From Blastocatellia bacterium (GTDB lineage Bacteria > Acidobacteriota > Blastocatellia > UBA7656): 64,000 nt of DNA. The translations under genes and the position numbers were made by a program. The stretch's first letter is position 1; each line of letters starts with the position of its first letter. A model generated the notes under the pieces. The model saw only the letters and a program-made list of their open reading frames with translations. It did no database searches and was not told where the DNA came from. The stretch lies in the NCBI GenBank assembly GCA_035249305.1, contig DATFGQ010000007.1:18915-82914 (forward strand), read 5' to 3'. Positions 44,723 through 53,810 of the stretch are shown here, piece by piece.

Positions 44723-44999
44723 CTTACTTATTTTTTCCACATGTACCCTCTGTGGACCCCTTGTGGAACCTGTTGAAAACTGATGTATTTAGGAAAAGGG
44801 TCCACAGGGTACGCGGGTTTTGCACAGGTTTTCAACAGGGTTTTTCACAGCTCAATAATCGCTTTATCGTTTATTTTTCAGCAATTTAGATACATGGTTC
44901 CACTTTTCCACAGGCACTACTACTACTACTAGATAAATATAGACTGTAAATAAGTATTATAGATAGTAGAAGGGCCTAGGCTTACTAAAGAGGTGTAAA
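44723..44999. other. oriC candidate: DnaA-box cluster plus trinucleotide repeat and AT-rich unwinding tract
   Basis: DnaA-box-like 9-mers (consensus TTATCCACA) occur at 44733-41 TTTTCCACA and 44751-59 TGTGGACCC. Further ones are at 44762-70 TGTGGAACC, 44798-806 GGGTCCACA, 44818-26 TTTTGCACA, 44841-49 TTTTTCACA and 44904-12 TTTTCCACA. These are followed by (CTA)x5 at 44917-44931 and an AT-rich stretch at 44932-44975. Confidence 0.7.
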
Positions 45000-46118
45000 A
45001 TGCAATTCAGTCTGAGCAGACAGGTACTCTTAAAAGAGTTAAACCTCCTTCAGGGGGTTGTTGAAAAAAAGAATACCATCCCTATACTCTCCAATGTCTT
45101 CATAGAGACGGCGGGCGAATCGCTGATCAAGTTAGTCGCCACGGACCTGGACGTCTCGCTTCAAACAGAGGCGACGGCCGATGTAACGCGGCCGGGGTCG
45201 ATCGTCTTGCAAGCGCGTAAGCTCTTCGACATAGTCCGCAACCTGCCCGACTCCGACATTAACTTCATAAAAGAAGATAATGATTGGGTGAGGATCGTGT
45301 GCGGGGCCTCCGAGTTTAAGATCGTCGGCCAGGCCAAAGAGCATTTTCCATCTACCCCGCGCTCGGACGAAGTGGGGCTGGTGATCCCGGCTTCGATCTT
45401 ACACGGTTTGATCAGCCGCACTATTTACGCGATCACACAGGAAGAGTCTCGTTACGCTCTTAACGGGTCGCTGATGCTGCTGTCGGAAGGCAACCTACAG
45501 ATGGTCGCGACCGATGGTCATAGGCTATCGCTTGCGGCCGCCGCGCTCGAACAGACTTCGACAGATTCGCAAGCCGATCCTCTGAAGGTGATAGTCCCGA
45601 GAAAGGCCCTCAGCGAATTATCGAAGCTGACCTCGGGCTCTGACGAGAACGTCGAGTTCGCCCGCGACGAGAATCATCTATTCTTCAAAGTCGGGCACCG
45701 CCAACTGACATCCCGAATGCTCGCGGGACAGTTCCCGAATTACGACCTCGTGCTCCCGAAGAACAACGACAAGATCGTTCCGCTTAACGCGGACAAGATA
45801 ACGCAGGCCATACGAAGGGCGGCTTTGATGGCCGACGAGAGAAGTCATGGCGTGAAGTTTGAATTGAGCAAAGGGAAGTTGAATATCACTTCACAAAGCG
45901 CCGACGTGGGCGAGGCCAGAGAAGTGATCCCGATCGATTACACAGGCGATAAGCTCAGCATAGGCTTCAACGCGCAATACCTCTTAGACTTCTTGAACGT
46001 CGTAGGCACAGAGGAGATAGCCTTCGAATTCAAAGACGAGCAAAGCCCCGCGCTGATGCGCCCGCCATCGGGCGGTAACGATTTTCGTTATGTCATCATG
46101 CCTATGCGGTTGCTCTAG
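45000..46118 (+). CDS. dnaN: DNA polymerase III beta sliding clamp
   Basis: 372-aa ORF downstream of dnaA. The N-terminus runs MQFSLSRQVLLKELNLLQGVVEKKNTIPILSNV, followed by three-domain clamp architecture ending in IMPMRL. Confidence 0.95.
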   Translation: MQFSLSRQVLLKELNLLQGVVEKKNTIPILSNVFIETAGESLIKLVATDLDVSLQTEATADVTRPGSIVLQARKLFDIVRNLPDSDINFIKEDNDWVRIVCGASEFKIVGQAKEHFPSTPRSDEVGLVIPASILHGLISRTIYAITQEESRYALNGSLMLLSEGNLQMVATDGHRLSLAAAALEQTSTDSQADPLKVIVPRKALSELSKLTSGSDENVEFARDENHLFFKVGHRQLTSRMLAGQFPNYDLVLPKNNDKIVPLNADKITQAIRRAALMADERSHGVKFELSKGKLNITSQSADVGEAREVIPIDYTGDKLSIGFNAQYLLDFLNVVGTEEIAFEFKDEQSPALMRPPSGGNDFRYVIMPMRLL

Positions 46119-46176
46119 CAGAGCGGACCAGTTGTCGGTTTCATGAATCGCGTACCGTAGTGTTATTCTTAACCAT

Positions 46177-46890
46177 ATGTCTAGCACACACGGTAAAAGA
46201 GTTCTCATAGTCGACGACAATAAATCCATTCGCGGAACGGTCTCGGACTATCTCAAAGGCAAGGGCTACGATGTCGACGAGGCGGCCGACGGGATACAGG
46301 GGCTCGATAAAGGGCTCTCTTCAACGCCGAACGTCATAATACTAGACGTAGTCATGCCCGGCATAGACGGGTTCAAGCTCTGCCAGTTGCTCAGGGAGAA
46401 GGGCGTCAAGACGCCTATAATAATGCTCACCGAAAAGCAGAGCATCGAAGATAAGATCACGGGCTTTTCCTTCGGTGCGGATGACTACCTAGGCAAACCG
46501 TTCAGCCCTCTTGAACTAGAGCTTAGGATACAAGCCCTTTTGCGGCGCACGCCCTCGCAGGCCGAGCAGCCGCAGCAGAAAGTGATTAAGCACGGCGAGC
46601 TTGAGATCGATCTAGACCGTCACGTCGTCTCCATTGACGGGAAAGCCATCTCGCTTACGCCTATCGAGTTCAATATTCTGAAGCTGCTTGCCTCCAGCCC
46701 CGGTTATGTCTATTCACGACAGGACCTGCTCAGCGTAATCTGGGATACGGCTTATGAAGGGTATAAGCGGAACATAGACCCGCACGTGAATCGGCTCAGG
46801 ACGAAAATAGAAGAGAACCCTAAGAAGCCGAAGTACGTGCTCACGGTCTGGGGCGTCGGCTATAAGTTTAACGAAGCCCTGGCCGAATAA
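46177..46890 (+). CDS. OmpR-family response regulator (receiver + winged-helix)
   Basis: 237-aa ORF. The receiver has VLIVDDN and the phospho-acceptor context ILDVVMPGIDG. The C-terminal winged helix has LTPIEFNILKLL and VWGVGYKF. Confidence 0.9.
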   Translation: MSSTHGKRVLIVDDNKSIRGTVSDYLKGKGYDVDEAADGIQGLDKGLSSTPNVIILDVVMPGIDGFKLCQLLREKGVKTPIIMLTEKQSIEDKITGFSFGADDYLGKPFSPLELELRIQALLRRTPSQAEQPQQKVIKHGELEIDLDRHVVSIDGKAISLTPIEFNILKLLASSPGYVYSRQDLLSVIWDTAYEGYKRNIDPHVNRLRTKIEENPKKPKYVLTVWGVGYKFNEALAE

Positions 46891-47001
46891 TCCGCGCGCG
46901 AGCCCTCCGTTCGCGACCTCTCCTCACATCGCTCCCGTCGTTGCTGGCAATAGTCGGTTGTTGTATTCTTTACCATAGCAGTTTTGGCAGGCGAGCGGAC
47001 T

Positions 47002-48015
47002 ATGTACGACCTTATAATCGTAGGCAGCGGCCCCGCGGGGCTTGTCGCGGCGCTATCGGCAAAGCGCAACGGGCTTGATTACCTTGTCTTCGAACGCGGA
47101 GTCGTAGCCAACACGATCTATAATTACCCGATAGCCAAGCCCCTGTTTTCGACCTCCGAAGAGGTCGAGCTTGAACAGGGCGCGCTCGGCCGCGCGTCAA
47201 AGCCTACGCGCGAAGAGGTGCTCGCGCATTATAACGACCTGATAACGCGCGAGGCCGTCGAGATTCGAGCGGGCGAAGAGGTGCGCAGCATCATGCCGGC
47301 GGGCGAAGGCTTGATCGTAGAGACGAACACGGATAAGTACGTGGCGCGCACGGTGCTGGTGGCTACGGGCGGGTTCGGCCGCCAGCGACGGCTGAACGTC
47401 CCCGGAGAATCGGCCGAGAGTGTCTCTTACAAGTTTCGAGAGGCGTTCCCTTATGCGGCCAAGCATGTCCTCGTCGTAGGCGGAGGGAACTCGGCGGCCG
47501 AAGCGGCGTTGTTTCTCGCCGACGCTGGAGCGCGCGTGACGCTCTCGCTCAGGCGCGAGTCGCTCGACCTGCCTGACGAAATTGATGACGTGAGCGAAGC
47601 TGCGGGCCGCCCGCGCGCAAAGATCAAGCCGTGGGTTCAGGACCCACTTGAGCAGGCGGCGAACGAAGGGCGCATCAGAATAATCACATCGTCGGAAGTC
47701 GTGGAGATCCGGCAGCGGTCGGCCCTCTTGCGCGTTGCGCACGACGGCGGAGGTGATATAGTAGAGGTTGAGTGCGACCACGTATTCGCTCTAATCGGCG
47801 CCGACCCCGACACAAAGCTTCTGGAAGAGGCGGGCGTCGAGATCGCCCCCGACGGGCGCCCCGTCTATAACCCGCAGACGTTCGAGACTTCGGTCAGCGG
47901 GCTTTACGTGGCCGGACACATCACGCGCGAGCTGCACATGAAGAACGCCGTCGAGGTGACTCGGCGCGTCACGGACCACATAATAGCTCAAGTTTTTGAG
48001 AGAAGCTCAAGGTAG
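47002..48015 (+). CDS. thioredoxin-reductase-like flavoprotein, YpdA-family-like
   Basis: I chose the start ATG 47002, giving MYDLIIVGSGPAG (FAD motif). A second dinucleotide motif is VVGGGNSAAEAA. NTIYNYP and IKPWV segments match my recollection of B. subtilis YpdA. Confidence 0.78.
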   Translation: MYDLIIVGSGPAGLVAALSAKRNGLDYLVFERGVVANTIYNYPIAKPLFSTSEEVELEQGALGRASKPTREEVLAHYNDLITREAVEIRAGEEVRSIMPAGEGLIVETNTDKYVARTVLVATGGFGRQRRLNVPGESAESVSYKFREAFPYAAKHVLVVGGGNSAAEAALFLADAGARVTLSLRRESLDLPDEIDDVSEAAGRPRAKIKPWVQDPLEQAANEGRIRIITSSEVVEIRQRSALLRVAHDGGGDIVEVECDHVFALIGADPDTKLLEEAGVEIAPDGRPVYNPQTFETSVSGLYVAGHITRELHMKNAVEVTRRVTDHIIAQVFERSSR

Positions 48016-48063
48016 TTTTAATTATCAAGACGGTCGAAGGCCGTAAGGGTTGGTTGCAGACAG

Positions 48064-49755
48064 ATGGGTACTGAAGCAAACGTGACGACAAGCGCAGAAT
48101 ACCAGCGCCCCGTTAAGCGACACCTGGGGGCTAGGTGGTGGCCTTTTGCCGCCGCGGCGGCCGTCCTGATTACGACGCTTACGGTGGCCGGCGTCTACCT
48201 GATAACTAAGAAGCCTTCCACCGTAGATTACCTCGTAATCTCTACTGTGCCTTCGGGGGCCGAGATAAAACTCGACGCGCAAGATTACGGCCAGACCCCC
48301 GTGAAGCTCGAACAGGTCAAGATCGGCACTTACACGCTGACCATTACTAAAGAAGGTTATGAGCCGGTCGTCGAGCAGATAACAGTCTCAGAGTCTATTC
48401 CCGAGCTGGATTACAAGTTAAAGCTCCTGCCGCCATCGGACGCCATCGGCAAGACGCCCGAAGAAGTGATTCATAACTACCAGGAAAGGGCAGAAGACGC
48501 CTTTGCCGACGGCCGCTACGGCTTCCCTCTTGATGACAGCGCGCTCTTTTACTCGGGCTACATACTGAGCTTAGACCCAAACAATCAGTTCGCGCTCGAC
48601 ATGAAGGAGCGGGTCCGAAAGGCGCTGCTCCAATCGGCGCAGTCGGCCATCGCGCGCAAGGATTCAGGACTTGCGCAAGAGATTTACAACCTGCTGCTTG
48701 AGCAATATCCGAAAGACCCCGAGATTCAAGCCGCGGCCGCGAAGTTAGAGAGCCAGTTATCTTCTCGCAAGGGCGAGGTGCTCGACCTGGTTCGCAAGGC
48801 CGAGGAGGCTCTGCGCGCGGGCCATCTGATAGAGCCCGCGCTGTCGAGCGCGTACTACTATTCGAAGCAGGCGCTGGCCATAGATCGACAGAATGCGCAG
48901 GCGCGCGCCGTCAGGGTCCGCGTCAAAGAGAGTCTCGCGGCCGCGGCCGAGCAGGCCTACGCGAGGGGCGACGCAGACTCGGCGATACGTCAGTTCGAAC
49001 ATGTCACGGAATTATTCAGCGAAGACAAACAGCTCCGCGCCAGGCTCCGCGAGATAGAGTCGACCCGCGCGGTCGAAACTGCGAAAGCCAACGATCCGAC
49101 GCGCCGCCGCCTTCAGGGGCTGGATAACTACCGCAAGGGAAATTTTGACGAAGCGATACCGGACCTCCAATTCGCGGTCAGCAATGGCGCGGGGACGCCT
49201 GACGTGATGTTCGCGCTGGCCCGTTCGCACATGAAGCTCGGCCAGTTCGACGAGGCCGCCGATTACTTCAATCGCGTCCCGCCGAACGTCGGCGACGCTT
49301 ATCGATCTTCTATCGCCGCGCTCGGCGAAATTGCGATGGAGCGCGGGGACACGGCCAAAGCGCTGGAGCGTTATAAAGAGGCCCGAAGGCTAGGGGGCAG
49401 CCCGCTCTACTCCGTGTCGACGCTCGACGACAGGATCGAAAAGATCGAGCGTCGACAGCGCGAAAAGGCCGCGGAGCCTAAGGCGGCCTCCGTGCAGGTA
49501 AAACATCTTCACGGCAGCCTGCGCGGTAGCTGTAGCGGCACGCTGACGGTAGACAGGACGGGCGTGCGCTACGACGGGAGCGAGCACACCTATTCGGCCA
49601 ACTTCATAGGCGTGGGCGTGCAGGTCGGGAAAGACGAGATGAGCGTCTCGTTTCAAAGCAAGTCTCAGAAGTTTAAGGTCGACAGGTCCGAGGCCGAGCG
49701 CTTCCGCGAAGCTTTGACAAGATACCAGCAGGCGAACTCTTCGACCAACAGGTGA
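48064..49755 (+). CDS. membrane-anchored PEGA-domain / TPR-like repeat protein
   Basis: 563-aa ORF with a TM helix (WWPFAAAAAVLITTLTVAGVYLI). A PEGA-type segment VISTVPSGAEIKLDAQDYGQTPVKLEQVKIGTYTLTITKEGYEP is followed by long helical repeats. Confidence 0.75.
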   Translation: MGTEANVTTSAEYQRPVKRHLGARWWPFAAAAAVLITTLTVAGVYLITKKPSTVDYLVISTVPSGAEIKLDAQDYGQTPVKLEQVKIGTYTLTITKEGYEPVVEQITVSESIPELDYKLKLLPPSDAIGKTPEEVIHNYQERAEDAFADGRYGFPLDDSALFYSGYILSLDPNNQFALDMKERVRKALLQSAQSAIARKDSGLAQEIYNLLLEQYPKDPEIQAAAAKLESQLSSRKGEVLDLVRKAEEALRAGHLIEPALSSAYYYSKQALAIDRQNAQARAVRVRVKESLAAAAEQAYARGDADSAIRQFEHVTELFSEDKQLRARLREIESTRAVETAKANDPTRRRLQGLDNYRKGNFDEAIPDLQFAVSNGAGTPDVMFALARSHMKLGQFDEAADYFNRVPPNVGDAYRSSIAALGEIAMERGDTAKALERYKEARRLGGSPLYSVSTLDDRIEKIERRQREKAAEPKAASVQVKHLHGSLRGSCSGTLTVDRTGVRYDGSEHTYSANFIGVGVQVGKDEMSVSFQSKSQKFKVDRSEAERFREALTRYQQANSSTNR

Positions 49756-49773
49756 TTTCGCGGGACTACCCGC

Positions 49774-49799
49774 GCGGGGAATTGACTCCGCTTTTTTTT
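49774..49799 (+). terminator. intrinsic terminator after the PEGA/TPR gene
   Basis: Short GC hairpins at 49759-49790 are followed by T8 (49792-49799). Confidence 0.55.
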
Positions 49800-49898
49800 G
49801 GTGTATAGTCACCACTGTCACTGCTTTGAGGTGACAAATGACCGAACCGAATTAGGTGCTCAAGCTTCCAATATCGTTAAGGCACTAATTCAAAACGG

Positions 49899-49930
49899 CG
49901 GCCCGCGATCGATCGCGGGCCGTTTTATTT
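49899..49930. terminator. palindromic hairpin terminator (serves the HD gene; possibly bidirectional)
   Basis: CGGCCCGCGATCGATCGCGGGCCG is followed by TTTTATTTTT on the plus strand and preceded by CAAAA. It lies 10 nt from the HD gene stop. Confidence 0.6.
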
Positions 49931-49939
49931 TTCGGCTCT

Positions 49940-51283
49940 TCATCCGGCGCTGCGTGCCTCGGCGTCAATAGCGCATTCGGCAAGCAGCGAAGAGATCTCG
50001 TCGGCGACCTCGACGGGGAAGCAGACGCGATCTATGCGGTAGCCGCGCATTCCTCGGACGACTTCCGAGACTTCGCTGATCTCTCTGATCGAAGCGTGCG
50101 GGCCGCCGGTTTCGATGTAGATCAGATTCTCAGGCCCTATGCCGACGGGCGAGTAGTACCCATAATAAGGTATGTCGGCCGCGCGGTCCGTTATCAAATA
50201 GTACTGCGGGTCGAACCCCGCACGCGCGATCACGTCGCGCGCGCCCTCCCAAAAACGCTCCCTCGCTTCCGCTTGCAATTCAAGGTCGATGGCCTTGAAG
50301 AGGTTGCGGTTGATGAATCGCCGCGCAAGGTCCGCAAGCAGCGGGTCGCGGTCGCGCGCCCACTGCTTGAGGTGGAACGTAACGTCCGTGTCGTCTAATT
50401 GCAGGTACTCGCCGGTCGTCACCTGTTGGCCCGCGAGCATCTTCTCGAAAACGGATCCGCGCATGCGAAACCCGAGCTCGTCCCTCTCCATCAGCTCGCG
50501 CGCGCGCTTAAGCGTCGACACCAGCACCGCCTCGGCCGAGCGCAGTGTGCGGTGAAAGTAGACCTGGCGGAACATGTAGTAACGCGCTTGAAGGTACTCT
50601 TCGACCGCGTAGAGCCCTTTCGACTCCACGTAAACGCGGTCGGAATCCTGTTCGATCTTGAGCGCGTGCAGGACCCATTCGAGGTCGTAGATGCCATACT
50701 TCGCGCCGGTCATCAGGCTGTCGCGGAGCAGATAGTCCATGCGATCACAGTCGAGCTGCGAAGAGACGAGCTGCGCGACGAACGCGGGCTTATACTTGTG
50801 TTCGTACATGGAGGCGAGCTTCTCCGGCAACTGGCTGTCGAAACGGCGCAGCGTGCGGTTGATCTCTGTCTCAGGGTCGAGGACTATGTGGCGCGTCCAC
50901 GCTTCGTGGTGAAAGTGAAAGACCTTCTCCATGACATGCGAGAAAGGCCCGTGGCCGAGGTCGTGCAGCAACGCGCCCGCGCGCCCGACGACGCGAGCCT
51001 CCGCGCTGATGGGGTGGTGCGCGCCCAGAAGATCGAGCGCCCGCGTCATCAGGTGCATCACGCCTATCGAATGAGTGAAGCGGCTGTGCTCGGCCCCCTG
51101 GTAGGTGAACATCGCGAGGCCTAGCTGTTTGATGCGTCGCAGGCGTTGAAACTCCGCCGAGTCTATCAACTCGACTATCAGGCGGTCGTCGTCGATCGCC
51201 TCGTCGAGCGATATCATGTTATGCAGCGGATCGCGATAATTCCTTTGAGACAATTCCGGCCCCCTACTCGCAGATATTATCAC
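49940..51283 (-). CDS. HD-domain phosphohydrolase (dNTP triphosphohydrolase-like, YdhJ type)
   Basis: 447-aa ORF with [31 protein letters not shown] and [12 protein letters not shown] (the HD motif). Confidence 0.85.
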   Translation of the reverse strand: MIISASRGPELSQRNYRDPLHNMISLDEAIDDDRLIVELIDSAEFQRLRRIKQLGLAMFTYQGAEHSRFTHSIGVMHLMTRALDLLGAHHPISAEARVVGRAGALLHDLGHGPFSHVMEKVFHFHHEAWTRHIVLDPETEINRTLRRFDSQLPEKLASMYEHKYKPAFVAQLVSSQLDCDRMDYLLRDSLMTGAKYGIYDLEWVLHALKIEQDSDRVYVESKGLYAVEEYLQARYYMFRQVYFHRTLRSAEAVLVSTLKRARELMERDELGFRMRGSVFEKMLAGQQVTTGEYLQLDDTDVTFHLKQWARDRDPLLADLARRFINRNLFKAIDLELQAEARERFWEGARDVIARAGFDPQYYLITDRAADIPYYGYYSPVGIGPENLIYIETGGPHASIREISEVSEVVRGMRGYRIDRVCFPVEVADEISSLLAECAIDAEARSAG

Positions 51284-51330
51284 AGGACGAGCGGGGATCG
51301 GCCAACAGATGAAAGCTGTTTTCTAAGACT

Positions 51331-52893
51331 CTATTTCTTGGTTGTCTCTTCCACCTCGGCGAGGACTGCCGGGCCGGGGGTGACGCCGTGGTCAGTTATC
51401 TCATGGCTGAGCTGGTGCGACAGGCGGCTGTGGCGGCGGCTGTACGCGAAATAGATTACAAACCCTATCAGCAGCCAGACGCCTAATCGCAGCCAGTTCT
51501 CGGAAGGCAGCGAGAACATCAGCAGAAGACAGATCGCTATGCCGAGTATCGGCACAAGCGGGACCAGCGGGGTGCGGAACGGGCGCTCGGCGTCCGGGTG
51601 CGTGCGGCGCATTATCAAGACCGCCGCGCAGACGATCACGAACGCCAACAGCGTGCCGATGCTAACGAGGTCGGCCAGTATTCTCAAAGGCAGAAAGGCC
51701 GCGCCGAGGCTGACGAATATCCCTGTGAGAATCGTCGATTTCCAGGGCGTGTGGAAACGCTCGTGAACGGCACCGAAAAAACTCTGCGGCAGCAGCCCAT
51801 CGCGCGCCATCGCGAGCAGTATCCTCGCCTGGCTCAGTATCGAAACGAGCACGACCGAAGTGATCCCGGCCAGCGCGCCGAACGCGATCAGAAACTGCGC
51901 CCACGCCAGCCCCTTCTGCCTGAAGGCGTCTGACACCGGGGCCTTGATGTTCAACTGGTCATACGAAACCATTCCCGTGAGCACCGCCGCCACGCCTATG
52001 TAAAGCACGGTACAGATCAGCAGCGACAGGATGATGCTCATCGGCACGTCGCGCTGCGGGTTGCGCGCCTCTTCCGAATGCGTCGAGACCGAATCGAAGC
52101 CGATGTATGAGAAGAAGATTATCGCGGATCCGGCGAGCATGCCTAACGGCTGGCCGCCCGCGTCCGCGCCGCCGAAAATCGATTTGCCGAAGAAGCTGAC
52201 TCCCGTAAATCCGTAAGGGGCGAACGGCTCCCAGTTGCTTTGGTCGACGTAGAACGCGCCGACGGAGATCACGAGCAGGACGATGGCGACTTTGATTATC
52301 ACCATCGCGGCGTTAAAGCCCGCGCTCTCTTTGATCCCGCGGACGAGTATGATCGTGACCATCACGGTGATGATGACCGCCGGCAGGTCGAACGCACCGC
52401 CCGACCCTACGAGCTCGCCTAACTTCGGGTCGTAATCGAAAGGCGCTTTCGTAAGCGCCTCGGGCAGGTGCAGCCCGAACATGCCTATCAGGTCCTGGAA
52501 GTAATGCGAAGCGCCGACCGCGACGGTCGAGGCGCTCACGGCGTATTCGAGCACCAGGTCCCAGCCTATGATCCAGGCGAACAGCTCGCCGAGCGTGGCG
52601 TAGGCGTAGGTGTATGCGGACCCCGCGACAGGCGCCATCGAGGCGAACTCCGCGTAACAGAGCGCGGCGAAGACGCACGCGATGCCCGCGACGACGAACG
52701 AGAGCATCAAGGCGGGTCCCGCCTTGTCGTGCGCGGCCTCGCCCGTCAGCACGAATATGCCTGTGCCGATGATCGCGCCTACGCCGAGGCTCGTAAGCTG
52801 GACCGGGCCGAGCACGCGCTGTAAACGGTGTTCGCCCGCCATCTCTTCGAGCAACTGCTTGAGCGACTTTCTTGCGAAAAGTGGATTTGCCAA
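51331..52893 (-). CDS. APC-superfamily amino acid permease
   Basis: I chose the start TTG 52893, 7 nt after GGAGG, giving (M)ANPLFARKSLKQLLEE...LTSLGVGAIIGTGIFVLTGEAA. About 12 TM helices. The track N-terminal extension to 53073 overlaps the regulator gene. Confidence 0.86.
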   Translation of the reverse strand: MANPLFARKSLKQLLEEMAGEHRLQRVLGPVQLTSLGVGAIIGTGIFVLTGEAAHDKAGPALMLSFVVAGIACVFAALCYAEFASMAPVAGSAYTYAYATLGELFAWIIGWDLVLEYAVSASTVAVGASHYFQDLIGMFGLHLPEALTKAPFDYDPKLGELVGSGGAFDLPAVIITVMVTIILVRGIKESAGFNAAMVIIKVAIVLLVISVGAFYVDQSNWEPFAPYGFTGVSFFGKSIFGGADAGGQPLGMLAGSAIIFFSYIGFDSVSTHSEEARNPQRDVPMSIILSLLICTVLYIGVAAVLTGMVSYDQLNIKAPVSDAFRQKGLAWAQFLIAFGALAGITSVVLVSILSQARILLAMARDGLLPQSFFGAVHERFHTPWKSTILTGIFVSLGAAFLPLRILADLVSIGTLLAFVIVCAAVLIMRRTHPDAERPFRTPLVPLVPILGIAICLLLMFSLPSENWLRLGVWLLIGFVIYFAYSRRHSRLSHQLSHEITDHGVTPGPAVLAEVEETTKK

Positions 52894-53030
52894 TTGACGA
52901 CCTCCATAAGGCACGGGCGTGCGATTGCCAGTCCAATATAGGCCTATTGGCGGATGGCGAAAACGGAATTGACACGAACGCGCAGGAATCGGGCGCGAGT
53001 TGGAAGAGGAGGGAACGAATTGCCAGACGC

Positions 53031-53810
53031 TTACAGGTGGCCGCCGAGCAGGTCGCCGATCTTTTTGCGGCAACTGCGCGAGAGCATCAGCTCCGTGCCG
53101 TCGCGCAGTATGACGCGGTACTCGTTATGAAACCAGGGTTGAAGCTCGCGTATGCGGTCTATGTTGACGATCGTCGAGCGGTGAATGCGGAGGAACTTTT
53201 CAGGGTCGAGTTGGGCTTCGAGGCTCCCGATCGCTTCCCGCAGCAGGTGCGATTCGCGGCCCACGTGCAGCCGCACGTATTTGCCCTCGGCCTCTATCCA
53301 GTCGATCTCTTCGGTCTTGATAAAGAAGACCCGGCCGCCCGCTTTGATGACCAGCCGGCCGGGGTGGTGCGCGCGCGCCTTTATCTCTTCGAGCAGTGCG
53401 ATCGTCCGCTGGTTCAGCTCGTCGCCCTTGTCTTTCAGTATGCGCTCGCGGGCGCGCTGCATGGCCTTTTCGAAACGCCGCCGGTCGAAGGGCTTGAGCA
53501 GGTAATCGAGCGCGTAAAAATCGAAAGCCCTCAGCGCGTACTGATCGTAGGCTGTCACAAAGATTACAAGCGGCAGCCGCTCCGACGCGACCGACTCAAG
53601 CACGCTGAACCCGTCCATCTCGGGCATCTGTATGTCCAGGAAGACCAGGTCGGGCTCGCGGTCGCGTATCATCTGTACGGCTTCATGGCCCGTGGCGCAG
53701 TCGCCGACGACTTCGACCTCCGCGTCGCTGGCGAGCATACGCTTTATCCGCTTGCGAGCAAGCGGCTCGTCGTCGACTATCAACACGCGCATGCTTCGGC
53801 TTTCGGTCAT
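53031..53810 (-). CDS. LytTR-family response regulator
   Basis: 259-aa ORF with receiver residues VLIVDDEP and FLDIQMPEMDG. It has a C-terminal LytTR DNA-binding domain (FLRIHRSTIVNIDRI). Its ATG overlaps the kinase TGA (ATGA at 53807-53810). Confidence 0.9.
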   Translation of the reverse strand: MTESRSMRVLIVDDEPLARKRIKRMLASDAEVEVVGDCATGHEAVQMIRDREPDLVFLDIQMPEMDGFSVLESVASERLPLVIFVTAYDQYALRAFDFYALDYLLKPFDRRRFEKAMQRARERILKDKGDELNQRTIALLEEIKARAHHPGRLVIKAGGRVFFIKTEEIDWIEAEGKYVRLHVGRESHLLREAIGSLEAQLDPEKFLRIHRSTIVNIDRIRELQPWFHNEYRVILRDGTELMLSRSCRKKIGDLLGGHL

